64,000 bases of DNA from an uncultured Planctomycetota bacterium (GTDB taxonomy: Bacteria > Planctomycetota > Planctomycetia > Isosphaerales > Isosphaeraceae), in NCBI GenBank assembly GCA_963845755.1, contig CAWJTV010000006.1, positions 1 to 64,000 on the forward strand. Direction: 5' to 3'. Each line of letters begins with the position of its first letter. Position 1 is the stretch's first letter. The translations under genes were made by a program, and so were the position numbers. Below, piece after piece: positions 10,215 through 18,346 of this stretch. The notes under the pieces are model-generated. The model did not search any database. It was not told the origin of the DNA and saw only the letters and a list, made by a program, of their open reading frames with translations.

Positions 10215-11708
10215 TCAGTTATCGCGGGGATCGCCGCGATGAATGCTTCGCCCCGAGTTGGGCATTCCGTTGCCCTCGCGCGCGTAGATCCCCGGCCGCT
10301 CGGCCGACAGGCACCGCCCGCTGGCCCATTGCCGGAGCTTCTCCACGGCCTCGCCGGCCGTCACGGCGACCGGGACGATGTTCGAGGCGGCCTCGGTTAA
10401 CGGGACGTCCAGGAGGGCCGCCAGGCGACAGCACGATCGGATCTCCGCGCCGGTCCACTCGCGATCCTGGGGCAATCGCTGGGCAGGGTCGAGCCCGAAT
10501 TTGCGAATGTACATCTGCCAGATCGTCTGCCGCTCGCCCTGGCCCGGCAGGTCCAGGAAGAAGACGCCGTCGAACCGCTCGGCTCGCGCGAACTCGGGCG
10601 GCAGCTTCGAGATGTCATTGGCCGAGGCCACGATAAAGACGTCGGAGTCGTGGTCGCTCAGGTAGGTCAGGAGCGTCCCGAACATCCGGGAGGACACGCC
10701 GCTGTCGCCGGTGCTGCCGACGCCGGAGAGCGCCTTGTCCAGCTCGTCGATCATGATGACGCAGGGCGCCATCGCGTCGGCGATCTTCAGGGCCTGTCGC
10801 GTCCGTTCCTCGGTCTGGCCAATCAGCGAGCCCATCAGGGCGCCGACGTCCAGCAGCAGTGTGGGGCGGCCGGTCTCGTTGCCAAGGGCTTTCGCACAAG
10901 CGGATTTCCCACTACCTGGAGGACCCAGAAGCAAGACCCCACGAGCCTGGACGTCGGCCCTCCGGCCGGGCCGAAGGGCACGCGTGCAAAACGACTTGAG
11001 GGCCTCCAGGCCGCCCAGGTCGGCGAAGGTCTCGCCACCTCGATGCAGCGTGAGCAGGCCACTTTTCTTGAGCGTCTGGGCCTTGAGCTCCCAGAGCACG
11101 TCGGGCGTGACCCGGTTGTGCCGGACCAGGGACAGGCTCAGCGCATTCTCGGCCTCGACGCGAGTCAGGCCCGCCGCGGCGTCCAGCACGGCCGTGAGGG
11201 CATCGCCCTCGGGCAGCTCGCCGGGATCCGTGGCGATGCCCCTGGCGATGCGCTGGAGCTGGTCGCGGCCGGGCAGGTCATGCTCGATCACGACGAACTG
11301 GCGCTCCAGCTCGACCGGGATGTTGACCACGGCCGAAAGGACGACCACGAAGGTCCGCCCGGTCTTGCCGGCGGAGATCGCCGAGTCGAGGGCCTGGACG
11401 ATCTCGACGTTGTTGAGAAAGCGGTTGAAATTGCGCAGGACGAGTAACGACGTGCCATCGGGATTCGCCATGGCACCGAGTGAGCGGACGGCGGCCAGCG
11501 GATCGGTGGCATTGACAACGCTGGCGGAATCCTCGGACCGACCGGCGATGGTGAGACCACGGTCGATGTCCCAGGTCGCCAACGCCCAGCGCTGCTGGCG
11601 GCAGAGCCGGGCGATCTCGGCGATCGCGTCGTCGTGCTCGAACGACTGGATCCACAAACCGGTAAAGGCGGCGCGCACAAACTCAGCCAAACGCTCGGCG
11701 AGCGCCAT
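10215..11708 (-). CDS. AAA+ ATPase (Ycf46-like)
   Basis: Walker A GPPGSGKS, Walker B VIMIDELDK, 'ASANDISKLPPEFARAERFD'; AGGAGG RBS before ATG 11708. Confidence 0.9.
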   Translation of the reverse strand: MALAERLAEFVRAAFTGLWIQSFEHDDAIAEIARLCRQQRWALATWDIDRGLTIAGRSEDSASVVNATDPLAAVRSLGAMANPDGTSLLVLRNFNRFLNNVEIVQALDSAISAGKTGRTFVVVLSAVVNIPVELERQFVVIEHDLPGRDQLQRIARGIATDPGELPEGDALTAVLDAAAGLTRVEAENALSLSLVRHNRVTPDVLWELKAQTLKKSGLLTLHRGGETFADLGGLEALKSFCTRALRPGRRADVQARGVLLLGPPGSGKSACAKALGNETGRPTLLLDVGALMGSLIGQTEERTRQALKIADAMAPCVIMIDELDKALSGVGSTGDSGVSSRMFGTLLTYLSDHDSDVFIVASANDISKLPPEFARAERFDGVFFLDLPGQGERQTIWQMYIRKFGLDPAQRLPQDREWTGAEIRSCCRLAALLDVPLTEAASNIVPVAVTAGEAVEKLRQWASGRCLSAERPGIYAREGNGMPNSGRSIHRGDPRDN

Positions 11709-11775
11709 GAAGTCCTCCTGTTGTTGGTGATGGAGCGGGTTGGTGGGGGAAGTGGTCGATCGGAGCAGGTCCAGG

Positions 11776-12168
11776 TCAATCACGGTCGGGACCGCGGGTT
11801 TGGAGCAGAAACTCGATCTCGGACCGGTCCGTCAGGATCAGGTAGACGAGCCAATCGTCGCGGCCGTCCAGCTCCAGTCCGATCAGGTGATCGATCTCGC
11901 GGGCGTCGAGCAAGCCGGCCTCGAGCCGTCGCCGTGCCAGCCTCCCGAGGACCCGGCTCAGGAGCGCCGACAGATCCTCGTCCGGCGATGCGATTGGCCG
12001 GAGGATGGTCCGGGCCATGACCCGGAACGCCCGGTTGACCTGACCGGCTTCGGAGGTGTCATGGAACCCGGGCTGGTCCTCGAGCGCGACGCCGAACTCC
12101 TGGCGGAGCGCGGCGGCAATCGCCTCGATCAGGACAAACTCGTGGGTCTGTTCGCAGGCGTCGAACAT
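11776..12168 (-). CDS. Hypothetical protein
   Basis: 130 aa, GAGGAG RBS, lies between DUF2997 and the AAA ATPase. Confidence 0.55.
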   Translation of the reverse strand: MFDACEQTHEFVLIEAIAAALRQEFGVALEDQPGFHDTSEAGQVNRAFRVMARTILRPIASPDEDLSALLSRVLGRLARRRLEAGLLDAREIDHLIGLELDGRDDWLVYLILTDRSEIEFLLQTRGPDRD

Positions 12169-12207
12169 CGCGCGTCTCCTCGAATCGGACCAGGGCGGAT
12201 GCCGAGA

Positions 12208-12402
12208 TCACTGCGACTGCTGGATCTGCTGGTCGGTGGCCTGCGACTGGTAGAACTCGGCCGTGAGTTGCTCGTTGACCGGCTGGCCCAGGGCCTGTTC
12301 GATGAACCGGCTGGCCTCACGGCACTCACCACCCGTGAAGCCCTTCGTCTCAATCTTCGTCTCGCCCTTCGGGCCGACGATCACGCGAATGATCTTCTTC
12401 AT
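12208..12402 (-). CDS. DUF2997 family protein
   Basis: 'IRVIVGPKGETKIETKGFTGGECREASRFIEQALG...TAEFY'; ATGA overlap with DUF1257. Confidence 0.85.
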   Translation of the reverse strand: MKKIIRVIVGPKGETKIETKGFTGGECREASRFIEQALGQPVNEQLTAEFYQSQATDQQIQQSQ

Positions 12403-12767
12403 GTCGAGCCTCCTACCTCGATCTCGACAAGGATCGAACCGTCGGCCAGGGACTGCTCGGTGGTCACATAGCTCTTCTTGCGGGCCTCGATGCGGGACCG
12501 CTCGACGACGTAGGCTTGCACGAAGCGGTGGAGATGCTGCTCGTCGCCCCAGCAGCCCTCGAAGTTGTCATAGCGGATGTTGCCGGTGGCCGTGTCGATG
12601 ACGACCGGGTAGAGCCAGTCGGGCAGTTGGACGAGCAGCCCGCCGACATTGCCGCTGTAGAGCTGGGCTGTGCCCTGGAGCGGCCCGGGCAGTGAGAGCC
12701 GGCGGCAGGCCGCCGCGACCGCGGACTGGTCGCGGACCTCGGTCTTGACGGTCACGATGTGGCTCAA
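12399..12767 (-). CDS. DUF1257 (Ycf35-like) family protein
   Basis: 'MSHIVTVKTEVRD...YDNFEGCWG...FVQAY'; TTG start after GGAGG. Confidence 0.85.
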   Translation of the reverse strand: MSHIVTVKTEVRDQSAVAAACRRLSLPGPLQGTAQLYSGNVGGLLVQLPDWLYPVVIDTATGNIRYDNFEGCWGDEQHLHRFVQAYVVERSRIEARKKSYVTTEQSLADGSILVEIEVGGST

Positions 12768-12821
12768 GATGGTTCCTCCGTCGGTGAGAACAGGATCGCG
12801 ATGTGTGAACTGGCAGTGTTA

Positions 12822-12850
12822 ATGCTATCCACATTGATTTATGACGTGAA
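12822..12850 (-). promoter_or_regulatory. Putative sigma70 promoter for the DUF1257 gene run
   Basis: Minus strand TTCACG-N17-TAGCAT in an AT-rich patch ~55 bp upstream of the first start codon. Confidence 0.45.
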
Positions 12851-13111
12851 TCTCGGAGGATTTAAGCGTCGAGAGGTGGAGCGAGTGGGTTGTGATAGCC
12901 GGTTCGGAGAGGAGGGTGGTTATCGAACGACCATTCGCGGGAACGTGGGTTCCTCTGGTTACGGCGAGACGATCGAGAAACGATCGACTGGCGGGCGATC
13001 GAATGATCCGGGGGAGCAGAGCGGCGACCGGTTGCCCGATCCTTCGCGGCGAAGCCAGCCGTCCGCGCTCGTCGCTCGGAAGAGTCCTGAGTATTCCACC
13101 ATCGCAAAAAG

Positions 13112-13255
13112 TTAGTACGTCGCGATGAAGACGACGAGGGCGAGGTAACCCAGCGCGAAGACTCGGAAGCAGAGCCGATCGACTCGGGCAGCCACCGCCA
13201 CCCTGCCCTGGGTGGCGAATTTGTAGACCAGAATGGATTCCGCCAGAGCGATAAA
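13112..13255 (-). pseudogene. 3' fragment of a membrane protein resembling pentameric ligand-gated ion channel M3-M4
   Basis: 'FIALAESILVYKFATQGRVAVAARVDRLCFRVFALGYLALVVFIATY*', cut off by the IS1634 end. Confidence 0.45.
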
Positions 13256-13256
13256 G

Positions 13257-15220
13257 CCTACTTTCCGCACATCACGAGCGGAGTATCTTCGAATTTCCGT
13301 GGGTGCCCCGAATCCGGGGTCAGGCGTCGTAGGCCCTCCTCATCTTCAGGAGCCGGAGGATTCGGCGTTGCAACCGACTCAACTTCGTCGTGAAGACCAC
13401 GGCCGGGCGGCGGCCCGCTGACAACTCATGCCGTTGCACGTCCTCGAACAGGTCGATCACCTTCCGAGCCGTCGGCCGGCGGCATGCCCGTCCCTCCGGG
13501 TACAACGGCAGGCTCTCGATGCCCTCGCGCTCCATCGCTCGCCTCAGCTCTCGCTCCAGCAGCGACTCGACGAGCAATGCCAAGAAGTACACACAGAGCA
13601 AGGCCTGAATCCGACTCACCTCCTTCAAGAAGACCGGCGCCACGACGAAGTCGGTCTTGAGCTGCGCGAACCGCTTCTCGATCATCGGCTGCTGTTTGTA
13701 GGCCAAGAGCAGATCCGTCGCCGACATCGTCATCTCGTTGGTGATCAGCGGGAAGATCCCGTCGCACCGCGCCGCCTCGGCCAGCCGGGCGGCATCCACA
13801 CGGCAGGTCAGCTCGAACCGCTTTCGCTCGCTCTTGACGTACAGGGTCTCGGCATTGGGCCGCCCGCGCCGTTGCTGGCGAAACGTCTCCTCGGTTCGTT
13901 CCTCGATCGTGACCTCGATCTCCCCCTCGGTCCCGGTGTCGCCCAGGATCGCCTCGACCGCCTCGGCCACCTTGGCCCGCTCGCGATGCCGCGTCCGCGG
14001 CGAGGCCAGTTTCTCGCGCAGTTCGGCCAGGCGCCCCAGCGCTCGCTCAATCCGTTGCTGCCGGGCCACGGCATCCAGCTCGGCCTTGCGCGTGCTGTAA
14101 TACCAGATGAGGCGATATCCCTCTACGCTGGTGACCTCCGGCTCGTGGATCGAGAAGCGATCGACCAGCTCCCCCTCGTCATCGTACTTGTCGTGAATCC
14201 GTCGCCAATGGACCCGACCTCCCAGGATTTCCGCGCGGAAGGCGGCATCCTCACCGCGCGTGCGGGGCAAGACGCTCAAGAACCGGCCGCCGTGCTCATG
14301 GATGTAGGCCATGTTCCCGGCGGTGGCGAGCTTGCAGTCGGCCACATACAAGAAGTCGCGGCGCCCCGTCAGCTTGCAGAGCAGATCCCAGGTGTCGCGG
14401 TGCGAGCGGTCGTCGGTGGCGTTGCCGCTCTGGACGCGGAACTGCACCGGCACGGCGCCGTCGCGCGTGACCGTGAGGATGTAGAGGAGTTGCTTGAGGT
14501 CGGGGCGATGGTCCTTGTCGTGGCCCCAGGTGACGGCCAGCCGCAGCCGGCCCCGCAGGGTCCGCTCCCGATCGGCCGTCTCATAATCGCCGTGGAAGGT
14601 GATGGTGGTGGAGTCGTTGTGCAGCTCGTCGAGCTCGACGGCGAATTCACGGACGGCATGGACGACGATGGCCAGTGTCAGGGTGGGGATGTCGGCGTCG
14701 AAGAGGCGATCGAGGCAGCGGCCGACGCGATCGTCATTGAGCGCGGGCAATTGGTCAGGTCCCAGGCCCAGGAGCTCCGGGACGTGCCGCGCCGCCCACT
14801 CGCCGATGCCGTAGAGGGGCTCGCGGGAGACGAGGAGGTTCTTGAGCAGGAGTAACAGCCCGGTGGGCGTGGCGATGCGGCAGCGGCGGTCCTCGGGCGG
14901 GAGGTGGTCGCGGAGGATGGGCTGGAGTCGGAGCCGGTCGAAGAAGCGGTCGAGGATCGGCAGGACCCCGATGGAGTACGAGTTGAGGGTCCGACCTGCG
15001 GCGCGAGCGACCCGGCCGGGCCGCAGCGGTGAAGGAGACGGCTGGCGGGAGCGATCGGGTTTCTGATCCACGAGAGGTCCCCCCGGATGCTTCTGGCCTC
15101 GAGAGTGGGGTCGGCCTGACGGTCTGCCGGCCCCGCCGCCATGATCGCAAGGGAGGGAGAAAGGTCAAGCGGGCAAAATTCGGGAAATTACTTATGTCGA
15201 TCTTGTTGACGTAAGTCGAG
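13257..15220 (-). mobile_element. IS1634-family element (ends approximate)
   Basis: Transposase below; end motif ...ATGTGCGGAAAGTAGG; GACTTACG repeats at 15210-15260. No target duplication recognised. Confidence 0.7.
13320..15071 (-). CDS. IS1634-family transposase
   Basis: 'LHNDSTTITFHG', 'GHDKDHRPDLKQ', 'YVADCKL', 'YKQQPMIEKRFAQLK'. Confidence 0.9.
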   Translation of the reverse strand: MDQKPDRSRQPSPSPLRPGRVARAAGRTLNSYSIGVLPILDRFFDRLRLQPILRDHLPPEDRRCRIATPTGLLLLLKNLLVSREPLYGIGEWAARHVPELLGLGPDQLPALNDDRVGRCLDRLFDADIPTLTLAIVVHAVREFAVELDELHNDSTTITFHGDYETADRERTLRGRLRLAVTWGHDKDHRPDLKQLLYILTVTRDGAVPVQFRVQSGNATDDRSHRDTWDLLCKLTGRRDFLYVADCKLATAGNMAYIHEHGGRFLSVLPRTRGEDAAFRAEILGGRVHWRRIHDKYDDEGELVDRFSIHEPEVTSVEGYRLIWYYSTRKAELDAVARQQRIERALGRLAELREKLASPRTRHRERAKVAEAVEAILGDTGTEGEIEVTIEERTEETFRQQRRGRPNAETLYVKSERKRFELTCRVDAARLAEAARCDGIFPLITNEMTMSATDLLLAYKQQPMIEKRFAQLKTDFVVAPVFLKEVSRIQALLCVYFLALLVESLLERELRRAMEREGIESLPLYPEGRACRRPTARKVIDLFEDVQRHELSAGRRPAVVFTTKLSRLQRRILRLLKMRRAYDA

Positions 15221-15516
15221 CGGCAGCTGACTTACGTCGAGGCGATTGTCGTAAGTCGTCGAATGCCTGGGGTCGGGGCGGGGTCGGACATTGCCCTGCG
15301 GTAGGACAAAGCGAAGAATGGGGCATCAGGAGGTGGCCCGGCCGGGCCGGGTCGGCAACAGCCCCGGCGCGTCCCACAGAGCAAGCCATTCTCAGTTTCG
15401 ATTGATGGGCCGATCGGTGTGTTAACGACGCTCACTGTAAGTAGAATTCGCATGAGCGGTTCAAGGCGGTTCGGGCGGGGATGGGTGTCCACCGAGGCAT
15501 CCAGGGAGGTTCTGCC

Positions 15517-17048
15517 ATGACAACCAAACCGCAGTTCAGGTTGCGGAAACTCCTCTGGGCGATCGCCATCCTCGCCATCGGCTTTGGGATCGGTCGCTAT
15601 CCCTACTTTTATATCCGGTCCAACGCACGTTTTCAGTCACGATCCCAGCAGGCGACGGCTCTCATTTCGTCCTATCGCTCGAGTCGTCCGCCGGAGCTCG
15701 TCAACCTGGACTGGCAGACTGCGATTGATGTGGTCCAGGACGCGTGGGCCAAGACCATCGCGGGACGGGAGTACATCGCCGACGGCGAGCTCGAGGACAT
15801 CCTGAGTCGAATGCGCGGGCTCGCCGGCCGGTCTGACCCGGCCCAAGCCGAGGGTGATCTCTACGCGATCATGGATCTCTTGGGGCATTTCACCACACAA
15901 GTGCCGAGTACCAACTATCTTTACTCCATGCGCTCCGCTCTCAAGGAGAAACTGCAAGGTAAGACGGGGACCAGTACGGGCGTGATCCATTACGCCAGGA
16001 TGATGGTCGGTGTGAAGTCCCCTGACGTTTTCACCGAGTTGTCCGCGGGACTGACACACGCGGACTGGTTGACCCGCGCCATGGCGTGCCGCGCGCTCAA
16101 GGAACTGGGACTGGCGCGCCGCCGTAACGAGGCGATCGAAGCGGAGGCCCGTGCACTCAAGGACGACGACGCCCTTGTGCGACAGATCGCCCTCGAATCG
16201 CTTGCGGAGCTAGGACCGGAGGCCGCGTCAACCTTCCCGGCGATCGACAATCTGCTCCGTCGAGACCCCTCGTCGCAAGTCCGAGTCACTGCCGCTCACG
16301 TGCTAGCCCAGCTTGATCCATCCGGGAAGCTGTCCGTCCCCTTGCTCGCGGCGATGCTCGGCGACCCCGATTATGGGCTCCGTCGCGCTTTGCTCCGGGA
16401 CCTGGACAGTTTTGGGCCCAAGGGCGAAGCGGCAACTCACGGTCTGACCGAAGTCATCGAGCAGGATGACGATGACTCGGAATATGACAGGTCCGTCCGT
16501 CAGAAGGCCGTCCAGACACTGTCCCGGGTCAGTCCCGCGTCGATTTCCGTCCCGATCCTGCTCAAAGCGCTTCGTCGCGAGCAGAGCCGGAAAGATCGGG
16601 GAGTCGCTGGCTCGATCCTTCAGACGGTGGGACAGATCGGTCCCGGCGCGGCGCCCGCCATCCCCATGCTGGTCGAGGCGTACAACACGTCACCGAACGA
16701 GCACGAGCGCGGGTCGGCCATGATCGCACTCGGTGGCATCGGACTGAGTGCTCGCGTGGCCCTGCCAACGATCCTGAAGGCAACGAAGGACCCGCAGTGG
16801 TTCCCGCGAGGTTTGGCCCTCGAGGCATTGATCAAGCTCCAGGTCGAACCCGACGTCGTCATTCCCCCACTGATCTCCGCCCTGCAAGATAAACAGGGGC
16901 CGTTCAGAGAATCGCGGCGAAGAGTCTGGGGCAGCTTGGTCCGTCGGCGAAATCGGCGGTACCTGCTCTCGAGGCGGTGGTCGCCGATAGCTCGTTTCCG
17001 GCACGCCTTGAGGCTGCCTCCGCTCTGAAGTTGATCCGGGATGAGTGA
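15517..17048 (+). CDS. HEAT/PBS-lyase repeat protein with N-terminal TM helix (frameshift near 16915)
   Basis: Repeats such as 'LKDDDALVRQIALESLAELG'; the last repeat 'AAKSLGQLGPSAKSAVPAL...' continues in another frame to TGA 17048. Confidence 0.8.
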
Positions 17049-17273
17049 TGGATCGTCTCTGCACGTTCGATGATCGCGGCGCGATTCGATTGAATCACAG
17101 GCCCGGCACGGCCGCGGTGGAAACGGTGCCGGCCTGTTGCCCACAGAGCAGGTATTCGCTCAACCATACATGTGCTCAGACGAGAGGAAATTCCGCGAAA
17201 TTGCGAGTGTGATGTGCGGAAAGTCGGCTTGATGAAGTCAGTGTGCGTGTTTTGTAGGTCGAATTTCGGCGAC

Positions 17274-18262
17274 AAGTAGGCCGTCGCCAGCGGCTGGTTC
17301 AGCTTCAGCGCCTCCTCCAGCCGATGCTTCTCGTCCTTCCCCTCGTCGAGCTTCTCCGGGTTCTTCAGCAGCAGCCACCGCGTCCCCTTGAGCACCTCCT
17401 TGTGCTGCACGTAGGTCGCCTCGCGGTACAGCGCCCGTCGCAACTCCGAGGGCTTCTCGTTGAAGAGCTGGACCACGTGGAAGTGGTCGAAGACGATCTT
17501 AGCCTTGGGCAGGTAGACCCGGACCGCCGCTTGGTAGGCCCCCGACATGTCCATGGCCACCGCCTCAATCTTCGCCCCGCTGGGCCGCAGCCGCTTCCAG
17601 GAGGGCTTCAAGGCATCGGCCCCCTTCCCATCGCCGACGAACTTGACCACGCCGCTGTCGAGGTCCATGACGAGCGTCAGGTAACGATGACCCTCGGCGA
17701 CAGCGATCTCGTCGATGGCCATGACGGAGATGTCCTTGAGCCTGGGCTTGGCGAAGCGGCGCATCAGGTCGCGCTTCTGGATGTCCTTGATCACGTCCCA
17801 GCCGACACCCAATTGCGAGACCACGTCGCGGATCGTCATGCGGCGGGACAACTCCAGCGTGTAGCGTTCGAAGGATCGAGTGTAGCCGCGCCGCGGATCG
17901 GCGAAGGTGATCTCGACGTGCCGCACGACCCCACAGACGAGGCATTGCACGCGCGGGACGAGGAGGATAATCGTGGTCGGCCGGCTGCCGATGGGCAGCG
18001 CTCGGAAGCGGCGCTCGACCCCGCCGCGCGGCCGCACCGCGCCGGCGTCACAGGCCGAACAGCGGCAAGTCTCGAGGTCTTGGCTGATCGTGAAGAACAC
18101 TTCACCGCCCCGGTAATCGGTGCGGACGTAACGGTAGCCACGGATGCCGAAGGCATGATACAACAGGCTGGTGGACATGCTGACCGCCCCTCTTGGAGCA
18201 ACTCCAAGTGGAATCAACATGTCTACCTTTTTCAAGACCGGCGCGCAGGATCCGGATGAACC
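17274..18262 (-). mobile_element. ISL3-family element, 3'-truncated
   Basis: End GGTTCATCCGGA at 18262; transposase from 18178 with Zn finger CSAC/CLVC, 'AIDEIAV', 'AMDMS', 'FDHFHV'; similarity stops at 'ATAYL'. Confidence 0.85.
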
Positions 18263-18346
18263 CTAACTTTGCCCCCTCACGCTCTCCCCAGAGTTAGTGC
18301 GTATTTTGGACAGGATACTGCGCTTTCGGTCATAAGTATACGCTGG

